Assembly (NCBI GenBank): GCA_965637545.1
Contig: OZ281500.1
Span: forward strand, 20,646,001-20,710,000
Direction of reading: 5' to 3'
Origin: Phallusia mammillata
Lineage: Eukaryota
Length of the DNA stretch: 64,000 nt
Position numbers and translations under genes: made by a program. Below the pieces are notes generated by a model. The model searched no databases and had not been told where the DNA came from. It was given only the letters and a program-made list of their open reading frames with translations. Numbering within the stretch: position 1 is the stretch's first letter; each line of letters starts with the position of its first letter. Of the stretch, positions 1 to 13,200 are shown one piece after another.

Positions 1-1790
1 CTTTGGCTTTCCCAACAACAGCATAATAGTATTGATTTTCTTTTGAAATTTTTCTGTTTCATAATCATCAATTATAGAGTTGTTGTACTTCTATGGTTGT
101 GTATGGTAGCGGCTGTAGATGCGTTTCGACCCGTTCCATGATCAAAACAGAGAAAAAAGTATAGCTAAATATATGTACGAAAATAAGCATGAAAAGGATT
201 TTTGCAAATTTTACTTTGAAAACGATTTGATCTCTCTGAATGAGTTAAAATGCGAATTTTAACATCTTTTACATCGAATCGCAGACGGAGTGGTAATTTG
301 CGCACGCGTTCCTTATCAAGGCGAAGAAGATTAAGTTTCAAGTTCGATTGCACAAAGAAAGATAAGACATCGTCAGGGTGTGAGGTTACGAAAACTCGCA
401 AGCCGTGGGGTGCGAGGTAAAAAGTGATCAGTGACCTTATCTTGTCCAACCTATATAGCTGTCCGCGATGCGTTGAGTACACAGCATAGGGACAACGATA
501 ATTACGGGCTACTGAACGCAGTTGGTAGCGTGTATAATGCGTAAACAGCGCGGACCAACGAAAATCTCGCACTCTATTGTTGGAGAGACGGGCGCGTCCT
601 CAGAAGCTGTCCTAACGAGACTCGATCAGAAAAAAGGCGGGACCCATTCTAAACAGTGAAGAAAAGTGGTACGCTGCTTGCAAACGAGTGTTAGAAAGAC
701 GAGCGGACAGCAGAAACGAAGGAAAGAGATTTAATCCCACTGACGAGAACAGACAGAAAGGGTTGCTGGTGCTCAAGCGTTCCTCTTGTACAGAACAGTA
801 TTGCATACCATTGTCAGAACATAATGTGGATTTCACATGTCTCTGGCAGCGGATTAGTCAGGGATGAGATTTTCTTCGACTTAATCGCCTTTGTTCTGAA
901 GAGTCCCGCAGAGGGATGTGTATCATTCCGTGCAGCAAATGCATATTAGTGTTAGAGGTCTGTCATAGCAGCGGCTGTATAGTGAGAGGTTTTAGTAATG
1001 GGTAAGTGTATCAAGATTTCAAAATTTCGTAACCTTTAAGAATAGGCGTAATGTTATAGTGGTAGTTATCTGATTAACGTAAACATATTTCATTTCGCAA
1101 CACACTTTTTCGTCACAGTGTTGACAAGTAATTGCTTTTCTGTAAACAGAACAGCAAACTGTATTACGTATGGCCGCTTGTGTCTTTGGGACGTGGACGT
1201 TACGTAAGGCCACAATTTCTAGGCGCAATTATTAATTTGCCTGGTAAGGTAACTCGTGTATGGAGAAGCTAACGTTATAACCCTGTAATTTGGTAGTTGA
1301 TTTGCGTAGGACCCCCCTGATTACCAAAGAAACATCAACGGCGGTTTATTAAACTGACGAGCCAGCGCAGCCATGTCACTGAAGGTTGTTTACCAAAATG
1401 TTTTAATTGGACAACAGCTGACGCCGGTCCGTTGTCAGATTTTATTGGCCACAATAACGGGTCCTCGTTACGGCGATTTTTACTTCTCACACCGCCAGAG
1501 ACAGTTACTGACTTCAGTCACACGCACAGTGCAGTTAAGAAGCAGAGGGGACAAACAGGCAGGCAGTTAACAGCGCGATAAAACGGCCGGGGCATTAATT
1601 GGCTGAAACTTGACATTACAATATGACAGTCAGGGCCATTTGATTTACAGTCGCTTCTCCCCGCAGCCAATTTGAGTTTTCTCTCAGTTTAGCGAAAGTT
1701 TGCAGCACTGTGAAATTGGTTGAGCCGTGTTATGTTTAGGTAACATTGCCTAACCGTTCAACTTGCCTTTCAGCGGATTGCGTAGCTAAT

Positions 1791-4700
1791 ATGTATTGTA
1801 CAATTGCACCGCCGACCGCCCAGGGATTATTGAGTTCTCACTCAGGACATTTTGGATTACCAACGCAGCTCGGGCTAGTACGAGTGCAATCGAGCTGTTC
1901 ATCTTCGGGGTCGGGTAGCGAAAGCGCTTTTGCCCAGCAAAGTCAAACCCTGATCGGCACAAACGCAAAGTACACTGTGATTGGGACCGATGATCTCGCT
2001 CTGCAACTTGCTGGAGATCGGACTCGAGCTAAGTTTTTGGAAACAGGGAGCAACTGTGAACGAAGAACCCGGGCTCCACAGCACTGTGACTCATCGTCAG
2101 CTCCACCTTCAGTGTTGTCAGCTTACCATAGCTCATCCTCCAGTAGTGGTAACTCATCTCCCACATCGTTTTACTCCTTACCAAATCACGACCTGATGTC
2201 TCACCTCCATTCTTCGGGCGCAACGAGACCAGAAAGCCCAGTTGTTGTTGTTGCTGGTGCTGCCTCAGCCCAGCAACACAGACCCAGTACGAGATATCAC
2301 CATCCAGCAGCTACTGCTTCAAGCCCAATCGCCTCGCCAACCACACAAAAGAGTATGTTTTTGAATTGGAAAAACAACAACGTTGGACAGACGCCGCGGC
2401 CCAATGAGGTATCAACAAAAAATAATTCTCTGACCCGAGCTACAACTGCTTTAGGTTTATCACGTCAATGCAACAACGATTTATCAAGCGAAAACTTACC
2501 ACGAAGCAAATCAAACTTCTGCGTAGAACTTTCCAAACAGACGAAAACAACACAAAGTAAAAGGCCGCAAGTTCCCCCCAAATGTGAAAAAGTGATCGAA
2601 ATGTTAAAAAGCAAAGCGAGGAAATCGAATAAAACTCGAGCCGAAATGAATATTAAAAACAATAACTGTCCACCACAAGGTGCCGCTGTCGCCCCGTCGC
2701 CCGTGCAACCGACTGCCAGAAAGGAGCAAAACAAATCTGCTTCTGTTGAACTGAATGCAAAGTGAGTTATACATACAAATATTAGGAACTCTTATATCAG
2801 TAAATGTGTTGATTTATGATATTAATGTTTACGTTTCTTGTGTAGGAAAAGTTTTCTCGAGACATACGATGTTCTTGGGGTGATCGGTGTTGGAGGTGGC
2901 GGAATGGTTTACGCGGGGACCAGAACCACCGACAATCATCCCGTGGCGATCAAACGTATCATGCGAGAGAAGGTGAAACGCTGGGAGCGGATTCAAGGCA
3001 GGACTGTACCACAGGAAATCGCCTTAATGATCAGGTACAATATATGAAACAGTCAAAAGCATATACAGCCAGTGGTGGGATTCAGCCGGTTCGCGCCGGT
3101 TCTACAGAACCGTCTCACAAAATTTATGAGATTAGCGAACCGGTTAGCATTACTGGTTACTGTCAAGGGACTTTTTGTAATAGTATCGGCTGAAAAATAT
3201 GACTATTGTGATAGAACCGTCTGACAAAAAATTGAAACCCACCACTGGATACAGCTAAATTATTGTGCAAAATCAATCAATATGCAAGTAAAGAAACAAC
3301 TGCATTAAAGGCCCCGGTACTAGGGAGGATGGGCGTAATGCGCTTGTGGACACGTGTTCAGTGAGTTCTATTGTTTCGCGGGCTGGTTTAGAAGTCGTCC
3401 ACTGACGTGCCTTCGATTATTCTAATTGCTCAATTCAGTGGTTCGCCCGAGTGCAAACAGCGATCGGGTGCAGGTCTCAATTTACGGCCTTCGAAATTGA
3501 ATGTCACCGCGCAACGGGTGACGACGCTGTTGCTGCGAGAGCGTTAAAAAACGAACGCGTCATTTATGGTCCTAAACAGAAACAATTGAGTCTCACGCAA
3601 TAAACAAATTGGGTGGTTTTCCACTGCAAAAACGACGTGGTAAAAATACGGTAGTACCAACGATGTTCGGCGTCGTTCCGGCGGCACAACACCTCTTAAA
3701 ATGAAAAAATATATTGGTAAAACAGGAAATATTCTTTTGGTATCCACACCTACCCTTGTATGCAATCCTAGATATAAGTCTTAGCCTTGTTGACTTACGA
3801 TAACTGCCTCGGACGTAAAGAGATAAAGTTGGGAAGAATAAGTAAAATATGCTTTTTGTCGTTGTGGAGCAATGCCTAAAATTTCGAGTATTTTTGTGAT
3901 TATTATTGAATTTTTTATTTATTTGTTTGTTTTGTGATTTAAAGGGTGAACGGCCACCAGGGGATCATTCGCCTATTGGATTGGTACGAGTGTCTCGATT
4001 CATTTATTCTTATCCTGGAAAGACCCGCCAGCTCGGTTGATCTGTTTGATTACATTCGCGAAGTTGGAAGGATGAATGAAAAAGAAGCCTGTATGATTTT
4101 CAGACAAGTAAGTTTACAAACATTCCCAACTCTCTACTCTTCCAATATTGGGAAAATCACATAAAAAATTTTCAAGAGTAAAAAGTTTAAAGTTAATAAA
4201 AACAAAAATTACTATAAAAGCAGAGAAATTTATTTACTCTTGCCATTACAAAAGCATTTTTACCAGTGTTTAAATATCGCGTGCAAAACGACATAATTAT
4301 TTTTCCATTCAGATCCTTACTGCCGTTTACCACATCCACACTAGAGGGGTCGTACATCGTGACATCAAAGACGAAAACATTGTCCTTAACCGCGACACTG
4401 GTGAGGCCAAGTTGATCGACTTCGGATGCGGAACTCTCATTCACGAGCATCCTTACCGCGACTTCTCAGGAACTCCAGAGTTTTATCCACCCGAATGGTT
4501 CAATGAGGTAAGACGAAAGTTGGTTAGCCTAATTGTTTGTTCGCTTTACCCAGTGGCCCGCAACCCTTTTCGACGAATTCTTTCTTCAACAATTCAAAAC
4601 CGTTCCATTTCTCTCTAATGTACTACATAGTAGATGCTAAACCGTTCAATAATCATTAAAATTGGGGCTTCTATCAACTTCACAAATGAAATTCCCAGAG

Positions 4701-5812
4701 CTTAAGTATCTGTCTACAAACCACATGAACAAATTAAAGCAAATTACCCCACCCCCTATCAAGTTTCAAAATTCCTCCCTTGGGAAGAATTCCTTTCCGG
4801 TTGGGAACCACCGACATAACCAGTGATTTTTTAGCTGCCAATAAACAGATCCTGCAGAGTAGACATGGCCCATTCATTTGTCCTGCATTTTTGCAATTGT
4901 CTTTTTTGGGATTTTGTTGGAAAAGAATATAAAACAAACTTTGTGAACCACTGACTATAACAAAACTTATCCGCTCTTTATTTCAATTGGTACCAACAAC
5001 ATCAAAATGTGCAAACTTGGCATATAACTCAAACGTGCATATTTTTCTTGTCAGCATTACTATAACGCTCGCACTGCAGCGATTTGGAGCCTGGGAGTTC
5101 TACTCTTCGACATGCTCTGCGGGGAAATCCCCTTTAAATCAAAGACCAAGATCGCACAGGGAAAGTTTGATTTCAAGGTAAATAGCTTGTTTCATATTTT
5201 CAATTGCAAATATGGTTTGTCCGCATCTCAAGACTGCGGGTTGAATAAATAAAAAGATAGCGAATAAGTAGCGCGGTTTGTTTAGAGATACCAACGTCTC
5301 TTCAACTTGATTCGTTTGGACGCGATTGTATTATGTATTGAGTGTAGAAAATGTCAGCTATACGATGTAAGTTATATAATAATGTTACATTGACTGTTTC
5401 AAACAACTGCTATACAAGAGATAAAACGCGGAATGGCTGAAATATAGGCTGTAGTGTACGCTTTCCTAAGTGTTGAAAAATTAGATGAGCATTGCGCACT
5501 TCGGTGAAACAATAAAATTCACCACACAAGTAAAAATAAAAAGTCTTTGGATTGGGTGACATGCCCTAAATAACATGTTGGTGCAATCAACCTAACAGTC
5601 CCTGAATTGCTTGATCAAGTCTTGTGTAAATTCTAACCTCAACCAAACGTGCTCCAATCCGAGTACTTACAATTCTATTTACGAACTTGCAGGGCAATGT
5701 CAGCAGCGAAGCAAAACATCTCATAACATGGATGCTTTCCTTTAAACCCGAATCGCGACCAACTTTAGTGGACATTATGCAACACCCATGGATTGGAGGC
5801 AAAAAATTCTAA
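1791..5812 (+). CDS. PIM: PIM-family serine/threonine kinase with long low-complexity N-terminal extension (6 coding exons)
   Basis: Exons 1791-2761, 2846-3034, 3945-4107, 4313-4507, 5055-5177 and 5693-5812 join in frame at GT-AG sites. Motifs: VAIK, the PIM-type hinge ILERPASSVDLFDYI, HRDIKDEN, DFG, PPEW, WSLGVLLFDMLCGEIPF. The start ATG is uncertain because a good acceptor (ttgcctttcag) lies at ~1773. Confidence 0.93.
3070..3247. mobile_element. hAT-type MITE in PIM intron 2
   Basis: TIRs CAGTGGTGGGATTCA / TGAAACCCACCACTG; 8-bp flanks tatacagc / gatacagc (7/8 match); related copy at 36171-36278. Confidence 0.8.
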
Positions 5813-7204
5813 ATCATATGAAATCTGCCCAGTTCCGTTCCCCTGCCCAGTGTTTACTCTTTTCGAGTCTCTTGAAACGAGTCTTTCTATATGCGTGCAA
5901 TGTTGGTCGAGTGTCTACCTCTGTTGCTGTTTTGTCTGTTATCTCGTTTTCTAGTCAATTTGATGTTACCTTTCAGCTTGAGCTTGCCTATGCAAAATTT
6001 TGAGCGTCTGTGTGTTACGGACATACGTTTTTTAAAATAAACTTTTCTGATACCAAACTGTTGTTGTTTTCTTGTAAAAGTAGTCGTAATGTTGACTGTC
6101 AGTCACTGCAAAAGTTCAATCAAACACGGATATTATGTTGTCGTGGACAAATTGTTGACTAACAAGGTACGCATTTCGGGGCATTTTGGAATCCATATTA
6201 ATTTCATGAATTTATACACGGGAAACGAGTGAAAGTAAAAATGTATCGAATATCATTTGATGATTGGTTCGTCTCCACAATGTCCAGGCAGAATTAATTG
6301 TCACCATTTAATAGTAGGTCACATTGTAGAAGAAAAAAGTTTATCAAGCTGTAATTAAGGTTCAAACCCACGTCAAAAGACTTTCTAAGGTTTGCGCTAA
6401 CTAATATAAACTATATAGCCTTTGGTACCTCTATAAGTCGAAAACTAGTCATTTCGCTTTGTTTGTATGCTTCGTTTTTTAAAACTTAAAATTTTCTTAT
6501 AATACCGCATTTCCGTCCGGGGGTTTTCGTTTCATGCGGCTAGCGATGTCAGCACCGGCGGTTGTTGGCGGATGTTTGTTGCTAGGTTTTCCTAGATGAA
6601 TTAAAAAAAAGACGTTGTCAACTGCCCTTAATCAGCAAAGCACTTGCTTTTCTGTTTTATGGTAAGTTAAATATGCTACCTTAGGTTTTTTTTTTTAAAA
6701 AAAACGGGCCTGACTTTACACTGTATTTTTTTGAACAAATTTAACTAGCGAAGTAGTCAAGTTGCTGGACCTGACCTAATGTTAAACATCCCTAAAACAC
6801 ACTGTTTAAGACCAAAATTGACTCTTGTATTTGTTGTCTTGGTCTTTAATCATACCAGTGCCACTATATTGACAATATAGTGGCTCTGATCATACGCCTG
6901 TCAATCAAACCTTCGGGCCTAATCGGGACTCTCAAAAACGATTCGGGTTCGGGCTCCAATTTTAGGCCCGTTTACAACTCTGAGGCAGATGTCGTTAAAC
7001 TGGCCTGTTTAGACTAACTTCTTTGAGCACGATACTTTTTTCATAGCGTTTTTCAACAAAGTATTTTTAATTCAATATATCCTGAAATCTCCAAAAGGGA
7101 GTGCCTAGACGTATGCATGTTCATTAACAAGGATAAAAAACGCAACAGTGCAAATATTGACTTCATATACATTTGGCCGTGATTGGGAAATTCGCCAGGT
7201 AAAT

Positions 7205-8071
7205 CAGTGGTTCTCAAACTGTAGTACCTAGGAGAGTTTAAGGTGCTTAACTTATAAGTTATCCAAAAAGATATATCCAATTCAGATCATGAAGTGCAAC
7301 TTAACCGACCCAACTGAACAGCTCTGGTATTGGGCAAAACTCGTATCTTGGACATTTATTTGGAATTGCTAACCTTGCTGGTTTAAGAATTCGGCTGTCC
7401 AGGTCAATAGAATAGGTCTATCTCTTGTTCTACCTGAGTTGAGTTGAGTTTATTTCGCTTGGTGAAAGACAACATAGCAACACAATTGCACTAAAACAAT
7501 CACCAAGCCGGAAATAGCTGCGCAACGTTAAAACGTTATGAAGCGCAAAAAAGTGTCGGGCACAATTGGTGGATAGTGGTACAACGCGCTGCAGCTACAC
7601 CGTATTATAAGGCGTTATGTGTCGTTACAACTTCAGGTGGTATGAAGCGATAGCAAAATAGTGGTTTGTGACAGTGGCGTAGGCAGGCGACATTTTTGGG
7701 AGGGGCCAAATAGTTTGCTTTCTAATCCAACTTTTTGGTAATGGCGTAAGGCGTGCTTTTACCAAACACGTGACTTGCCAAACTTTGGTTCGACGGGACA
7801 GCCAAACGCTTTATTGATTTATTCCATGTCTGCATAAATACAAAAGAATGGATTTCGGCTTACAACTTGGTGACAGCAGTCATTTTTGTTAATTTATATG
7901 TTCCTTTGATAGTTTGAAAGACGAAACCACAATGATGAGGGACAAAATTACACTAAATTAAAGTTTCTCAATATATATACAACTTTGAAAATTTGGGAGG
8001 GGCCCTGGCCCCTTTGGCCCCTCCCTGGCTACGCCACTGGTCTGTGATTAGTATAAGTTTGGGAACCACGG
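7205..8071. mobile_element. Degenerate Buster/Charlie-type hAT non-autonomous element containing a nested MITE
   Basis: Left end CAGTGGTTCTCAAAC, right end GTTTGGGAACCACGG; flanks aggtaaat / agttaaat (7/8 match, central TA). Confidence 0.6.
7672..8039. mobile_element. hAT-type MITE (nested)
   Basis: TIRs CAGTGGCGTAG / CTACGCCACTG; flanks gtttgtga / gtctgtga (7/8 match). Confidence 0.8.
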
Positions 8072-8504
8072 AGTTAAATCTATGGATTAATTTTGATTTG
8101 AGCTTATACCTATATTGGCTCAAGTTGGTGGGATATTATGTGATAAATGCTATTTTTGCACCGTTTGAACTTATAAACAACATGCTATTTTCTGCTCCTA
8201 TTTCTCCCTTGCCGTCAAACACAATGGCAATGACAAACTTTCCACTAAGCAAACCATTGCAATAAGTCAAATGCTTTAATAGGACAACAATTTCTAATTG
8301 AAAAAAAAACTCAACCATATTGTTTGGGAAATTAACAAAATACATAGATACCAAAAACACAGACTTATTTACAGATAAGGTAATATACCAATAAGCATTT
8401 CAAGAACAGGTTGAGTTTTTGTTAAGCATATACAAGTTTGCATTTTGAGGGTTTTTCCCATAGGTTTTACTTTGTCCATGTCTTAGAAGCAATCAGTAAT
8501 ACTA

Positions 8505-11500
8505 TTAATTCGATAGTGCCAACAATTCATCAATCATCTTCTCATTTGGACTTGTAAAAGATCTGGTGATAGACCTGAAAAAGACTTGGTGTTGAAGCTT
8601 GGCAAATATCTCGGTAGTTTGGTGATAATTATGAAACCATGGCAACTCATGCATCCTACTTTTAAAGTATGTTAGCAGTTCTGGATTGTGACTTAAATCC
8701 AAATTTGCACACTCTTTTCCGAAAAAGTAATTTAGTCTGGCAGAAATTGGACATATTTGTCGCATAATGGAATCAATTTTGACCAAAGCATCGGGAGTTT
8801 TTGTTCTTGAATATACAAGAGGGCACAAACTCTTTTTCTCTGCAAGTGACATAGCTGATGTAAACTTGTATATTTCTTCAGCATTGCTTCCATTTACAAT
8901 CAGGCCTGCTACATAGTTACACAACAGTTCCCTGTTAGCTTGAACTTTTTCTTTCAGCAAGTCCATTGCATTCTTATCATTTCTCTCCAAGATTAATTTT
9001 ATTAAATCCCTCATGACCAGTGAATGCTTGAGATCTTCCAACAGATCTTCATTTTTAAGTAGATTTTGATACACTAGGTGACTTTTAACAATGTGGGCAC
9101 CTGGGGGGTTTGTTGTTCGCTGCTTTATTGTCTCTAAAAGAGCACTTTCATCTTGACCAAGTGCTTGATTACAAATGTCAGAAACAATTTCTTTCCATGC
9201 ACCTATGTTTATGGTATCGGCCATCACAAAATCTATCGCTTCACGAACTCCAGCATTGTCTAGCAAATGGCTTACTTTTTGCTTTTTTCCGTCATAATTG
9301 GGAATAATCCTTTTTAGCTGATTTTGAAAATCCTCAAACTCATCGAATTTGGCTCTTTCTGAAATAACCGCAAAGAGCCTATCAGAAACTATAACTCCAC
9401 CGTTTGCAAGTTTCTCGATTTGGGATAAACATTGAGCAATGGTCCATTCTTCATTCAGTACTGCTCTCACAAGTTCAAAAAGTTCCTTATCGCCAAAAAT
9501 TAACTCTGGAGGTTCCCTGTTTTCAAGCAGAAAGTGTTCCTGCAAAGCTTTCAAATGATCGGTAGAGATTTGTTTTTGCAAGTCATCTGTAAGCAAACTA
9601 TAAACATCATTTAGCACATTTTCTATCATCTGAAAGTCAGTGGAGTGAGTTAGTGACTGGATTATTGCGTTGACAAGATACATGTAGTCATCTGACTCCA
9701 TTACTGATTGTGTGCCATTTAAAACTTTCAAGCACATAGACTGGTAGTCTATATTGTGAACTGCTGCCTTAGTCCAATAGCTCAATGTCTCCTTCATGAA
9801 GGGAGTTAAGGAAATATTTCCATCCATTATTTTTTCTGCATCGCTAATTTTGTTTCCCTCTAACAATGATAGATATAGAATAAGTTTAGCCTCGGAGGTG
9901 CCATATTTTTCAGACAGCCGATCTAGCAAAAAATCTGACAAATCTTTTGACCAGAATTCAAGGTACTTAGTAGGAATACTTGTAATATCATCATCAAATA
10001 TATGGTCTGCAAACAATGATTTTAAATCTGATACTTGACCAACACTTACAAAGTGCCAAAACAAGTCATTACAGAGCTGAGGTGCCAAATGGCAGTTATT
10101 GGACTTTAAAGCATCTTCAAATGTTTTCATTTGGTTAGATTCTTTGAAAGTATCAAGTGCTGCAGTTAGCAGTGCTTTGGAAGATTTTGAGTTATTTTCA
10201 TTCACAAGTGTTTTAGCAACCAAAGATGGGTTGTCCAGGATTTTTGTAAGATAGACTAACCTAACAGATTTCCGATGGTTATCAATTAGTTCAAGTTGAA
10301 TTTGACAGGTCTTTGGAAGTTTTCTGTAACACCACTGCAACAGAGCATCATCAAATTGAAATCCAAAAGAATGTAGTGCTGTTAGCACTCCCAGATATCG
10401 GTTCAAAACTGCTACACTATACACTTTAAGGCATCCATCAAAAATTAAAGTTCTGGAAAGTATTTTCATTTTGGTAGCCTGTGGCAAATCAGTTTCAAGC
10501 TGGTCCCAAAGTTGTTTTGCTAGCTCTTCGGTATTGATAGAATGGTCAAACAAAGACTTTTTTAAGATTTCAGATAAAGTAGTTGTTAACTGTTGTTCTG
10601 CATAATCATCAATATTTTTCCTGCCAATGTCTTTTTTAACAAATATGTCTTTCTTTTGATTTAATAACCGTTCTTCAACATTAAATCCTAGTGCTAACTT
10701 GTCTTTCAAGTGTTCTAAATCAGACTCATCTTCGACCAATGGCAAAACATAGTGTGGTTTAATTTCCTCATTGGGAGCAATTGTGACCAAATAATCAAGC
10801 ACTAAATGTTTTTTACAACTGACAAGAAGAGGCAAAACCATTGCAGGAAAGTCAGTTTCAGGGTGGTGATTTTCAAGAAATGAAACTTCGTTTTGAATTG
10901 CCTCAATGCTTTGCTCTTGATTTAAGGTGTCAAAAAGATAGGCTTCTGCTAATTTATCAAATCTTTTTGAAAATTTTACCCCACTGCTTGTGTACAGGTT
11001 CTTCATAACTTTGCTAAAATTCGGCATGTCTAAGGCATCCAAAATGTTTGTGTAGTTATTTTCATCATGGGCGTCAACATGATTGATCAAAAACAGTAAC
11101 AAATCATTAAATTCTTGATTCTTTTGCAAAGATGAAATTATGGGCAGAGCATACTGTAAAGGTATTTTTGTTCCAACTCTTGTTCTGTATTGTAAAATTA
11201 TGTCTTGAAAGTTTTCAGTTTGTTTGGCTTTGAGCAACCCGCAACAATAAACAGCTATATCTGACCATCTTAATGGAAAATTATTCTCCATCATATGGGA
11301 CATTATTTCTTGTGCTTTGTCTGTTTCACCAACAGCACACTGGGCCTCCGCAATATGCACAAAACACTTAATGGGTACCTTCATACTATTGTCTTTCATG
11401 TAAGCAATGAAGCCACTGGCATCTTTTAAATTTCCATCTTTACAAGATTTAACAACTAGCTTTGAAAATGTTTCTGTGTTAGGAGCAACATTGCACGCTT

Positions 11501-11906
11501 CCATTGCCTGAAGAACTTCATCGACTACAAACTCCACATTATTGTCCAACATGCTTTGGATATATGCATTGTAGAAAATAACATCCTTTGTTTTGAAATT
11601 GTCATGTATTTTCTGCAATAGGTCTTGCCTTAGATTATGGCCTACCAACTTATCACTGTCAACAAGTCGCAATATGATTCCAACATTAGACAAAGTGAGC
11701 TGATCACTGGCAATCAATTTTTGAACAGTGGAAGATAAAACTTCAAACTCCACAAATCCCTTGTATAGTTTTCGACTCCGAAGATTTGATACATCATAAG
11801 AAGATATTGTTCTTATTGTCGTTTTCTGTAACACTTTTGGTTGTGCCAATAAGCGTACAGATGAAACACAAAATTTGCAAATCCCACCTCGTGCTAAATG
11901 GGCCAT
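8505..11906 (-). CDS. LRPPRC: LRPPRC-like (BSF-like) mitochondrial pentatricopeptide-repeat protein, copy A, single coding exon, 1133 aa
   Basis: Basic, acid-free N-terminal presequence. The PPR block DVIFYNAYIQSMLDNNVEF...MEACNVAPNTETFSKLVVKSCKDGNLKDA...KAQEIMSHM resembles the LRPPRC N-terminal PPR repeats as I recall them. Orthology was not tested. Confidence 0.8.
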   Translation of the reverse strand: MAHLARGGICKFCVSSVRLLAQPKVLQKTTIRTISSYDVSNLRSRKLYKGFVEFEVLSSTVQKLIASDQLTLSNVGIILRLVDSDKLVGHNLRQDLLQKIHDNFKTKDVIFYNAYIQSMLDNNVEFVVDEVLQAMEACNVAPNTETFSKLVVKSCKDGNLKDASGFIAYMKDNSMKVPIKCFVHIAEAQCAVGETDKAQEIMSHMMENNFPLRWSDIAVYCCGLLKAKQTENFQDIILQYRTRVGTKIPLQYALPIISSLQKNQEFNDLLLFLINHVDAHDENNYTNILDALDMPNFSKVMKNLYTSSGVKFSKRFDKLAEAYLFDTLNQEQSIEAIQNEVSFLENHHPETDFPAMVLPLLVSCKKHLVLDYLVTIAPNEEIKPHYVLPLVEDESDLEHLKDKLALGFNVEERLLNQKKDIFVKKDIGRKNIDDYAEQQLTTTLSEILKKSLFDHSINTEELAKQLWDQLETDLPQATKMKILSRTLIFDGCLKVYSVAVLNRYLGVLTALHSFGFQFDDALLQWCYRKLPKTCQIQLELIDNHRKSVRLVYLTKILDNPSLVAKTLVNENNSKSSKALLTAALDTFKESNQMKTFEDALKSNNCHLAPQLCNDLFWHFVSVGQVSDLKSLFADHIFDDDITSIPTKYLEFWSKDLSDFLLDRLSEKYGTSEAKLILYLSLLEGNKISDAEKIMDGNISLTPFMKETLSYWTKAAVHNIDYQSMCLKVLNGTQSVMESDDYMYLVNAIIQSLTHSTDFQMIENVLNDVYSLLTDDLQKQISTDHLKALQEHFLLENREPPELIFGDKELFELVRAVLNEEWTIAQCLSQIEKLANGGVIVSDRLFAVISERAKFDEFEDFQNQLKRIIPNYDGKKQKVSHLLDNAGVREAIDFVMADTINIGAWKEIVSDICNQALGQDESALLETIKQRTTNPPGAHIVKSHLVYQNLLKNEDLLEDLKHSLVMRDLIKLILERNDKNAMDLLKEKVQANRELLCNYVAGLIVNGSNAEEIYKFTSAMSLAEKKSLCPLVYSRTKTPDALVKIDSIMRQICPISARLNYFFGKECANLDLSHNPELLTYFKSRMHELPWFHNYHQTTEIFAKLQHQVFFRSITRSFTSPNEKMIDELLALSN

Positions 11907-13200
11907 GATTTACATCTGCAAATACAACAGACAACATGAAACAATGCTAACATTTTTTACACTGTAAACTTATGATTAATCTATATTATTCGTAATTTTT
12001 CGTAATGCGATGTGTCAAATTCAAGTGACCCTAATGATTTAGTTTTCTTTGAACACAATCTGAAAGTTGCAATTCATTTGTCTCCGGTCTCGACTCTTCA
12101 AAAAACTCACATTGCCGAGCATTTGTCACGTGTTTCTTCATGACTTAGAAAGTTTGTTGGTGTAGATGCCGGTACAATATATTTTTTATTTTTGAAGTGA
12201 CATCGGGTCAAAACAAATTAAGAATCAAACACAATCTATAAATAATAAAAACATCTTAGAAATGTGTTATTTTTAGAGGTTTCACTAAAAAGAATTTATG
12301 AAGGGCTTATGTGGCTTTGGTTGGAGACAAGCAGTCAAACAAATTTTATCCTGGAAATGTCCTGGAAATGAAATTCCAAGGCAAACGTTTGTGGTCAACT
12401 GAATTGGAACGCCATTTATTTATATTTACACAAGCTATTAAATAAGTCAAGAAAGCTTTCAGTTTAAGTTTCCAAAGCGTGACCTGGTGACTTTATAAAC
12501 CGAAATTTTTAAAGTGGATTGCCACGATCTTTTAAATTCACGAAAAAAGTATTATAAAGTTCTGGCAAAGGCATTAAAACGTACACAACATAGTCCCCTT
12601 TTTCTTAAAAATCCTATCCACACCCTAAAACAATTATATTTTAAACACTTCACATTTGTACGATTTCTTCAAGAAATGTTCGTATATTAGGGTATTTCCC
12701 AGTTCCGCTTTAAACTTTGACAAAGGGTTTTTCAAACTTGTGTTCAAACTTAAAACAAGTTCACTGCGGTTTTCTATAGACTTTAGTTCTTGGGGCCTTT
12801 GTTTTTGCAGTTGACTGACTTTTACATTTTTTTGCTCATTATGTAAAATAAAGCAGAACGGAAATACACAACCAATACCATGTAACTATGGTGTATGATC
12901 TTATCAATTTGAAGTAAATGTGTGTTGACTTTGTGATATAATATTCTGCATTGTGAAAAACTTCAACTTTAACAAAAGTATTGGCACTACACCCATGTTA
13001 TCTGTTTAAATAATTTCCGTCCTCTTTTTCTGAAAAACATAAAAACAAATGCTATTTCTGCAAAGTTGCACAATATCTGTAACTATTTTGCAGGTTTTAT
13101 TTTAATTCCCTTTGAAACTACTATACTATATTCAAAATCATAAATGTACAGTTTAAAAAAATGGTAAAATTGTTTCATGTTGTATTTGCAGATGTAAATT

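Noticed and set aside
165-572. 135-aa minus-strand ORF with an HPDD motif
   Set aside because: Non-ATG start, in-frame stop just upstream, and no recognisable family. The resemblance to the PIG-L HPDDE motif is too short to support a call.
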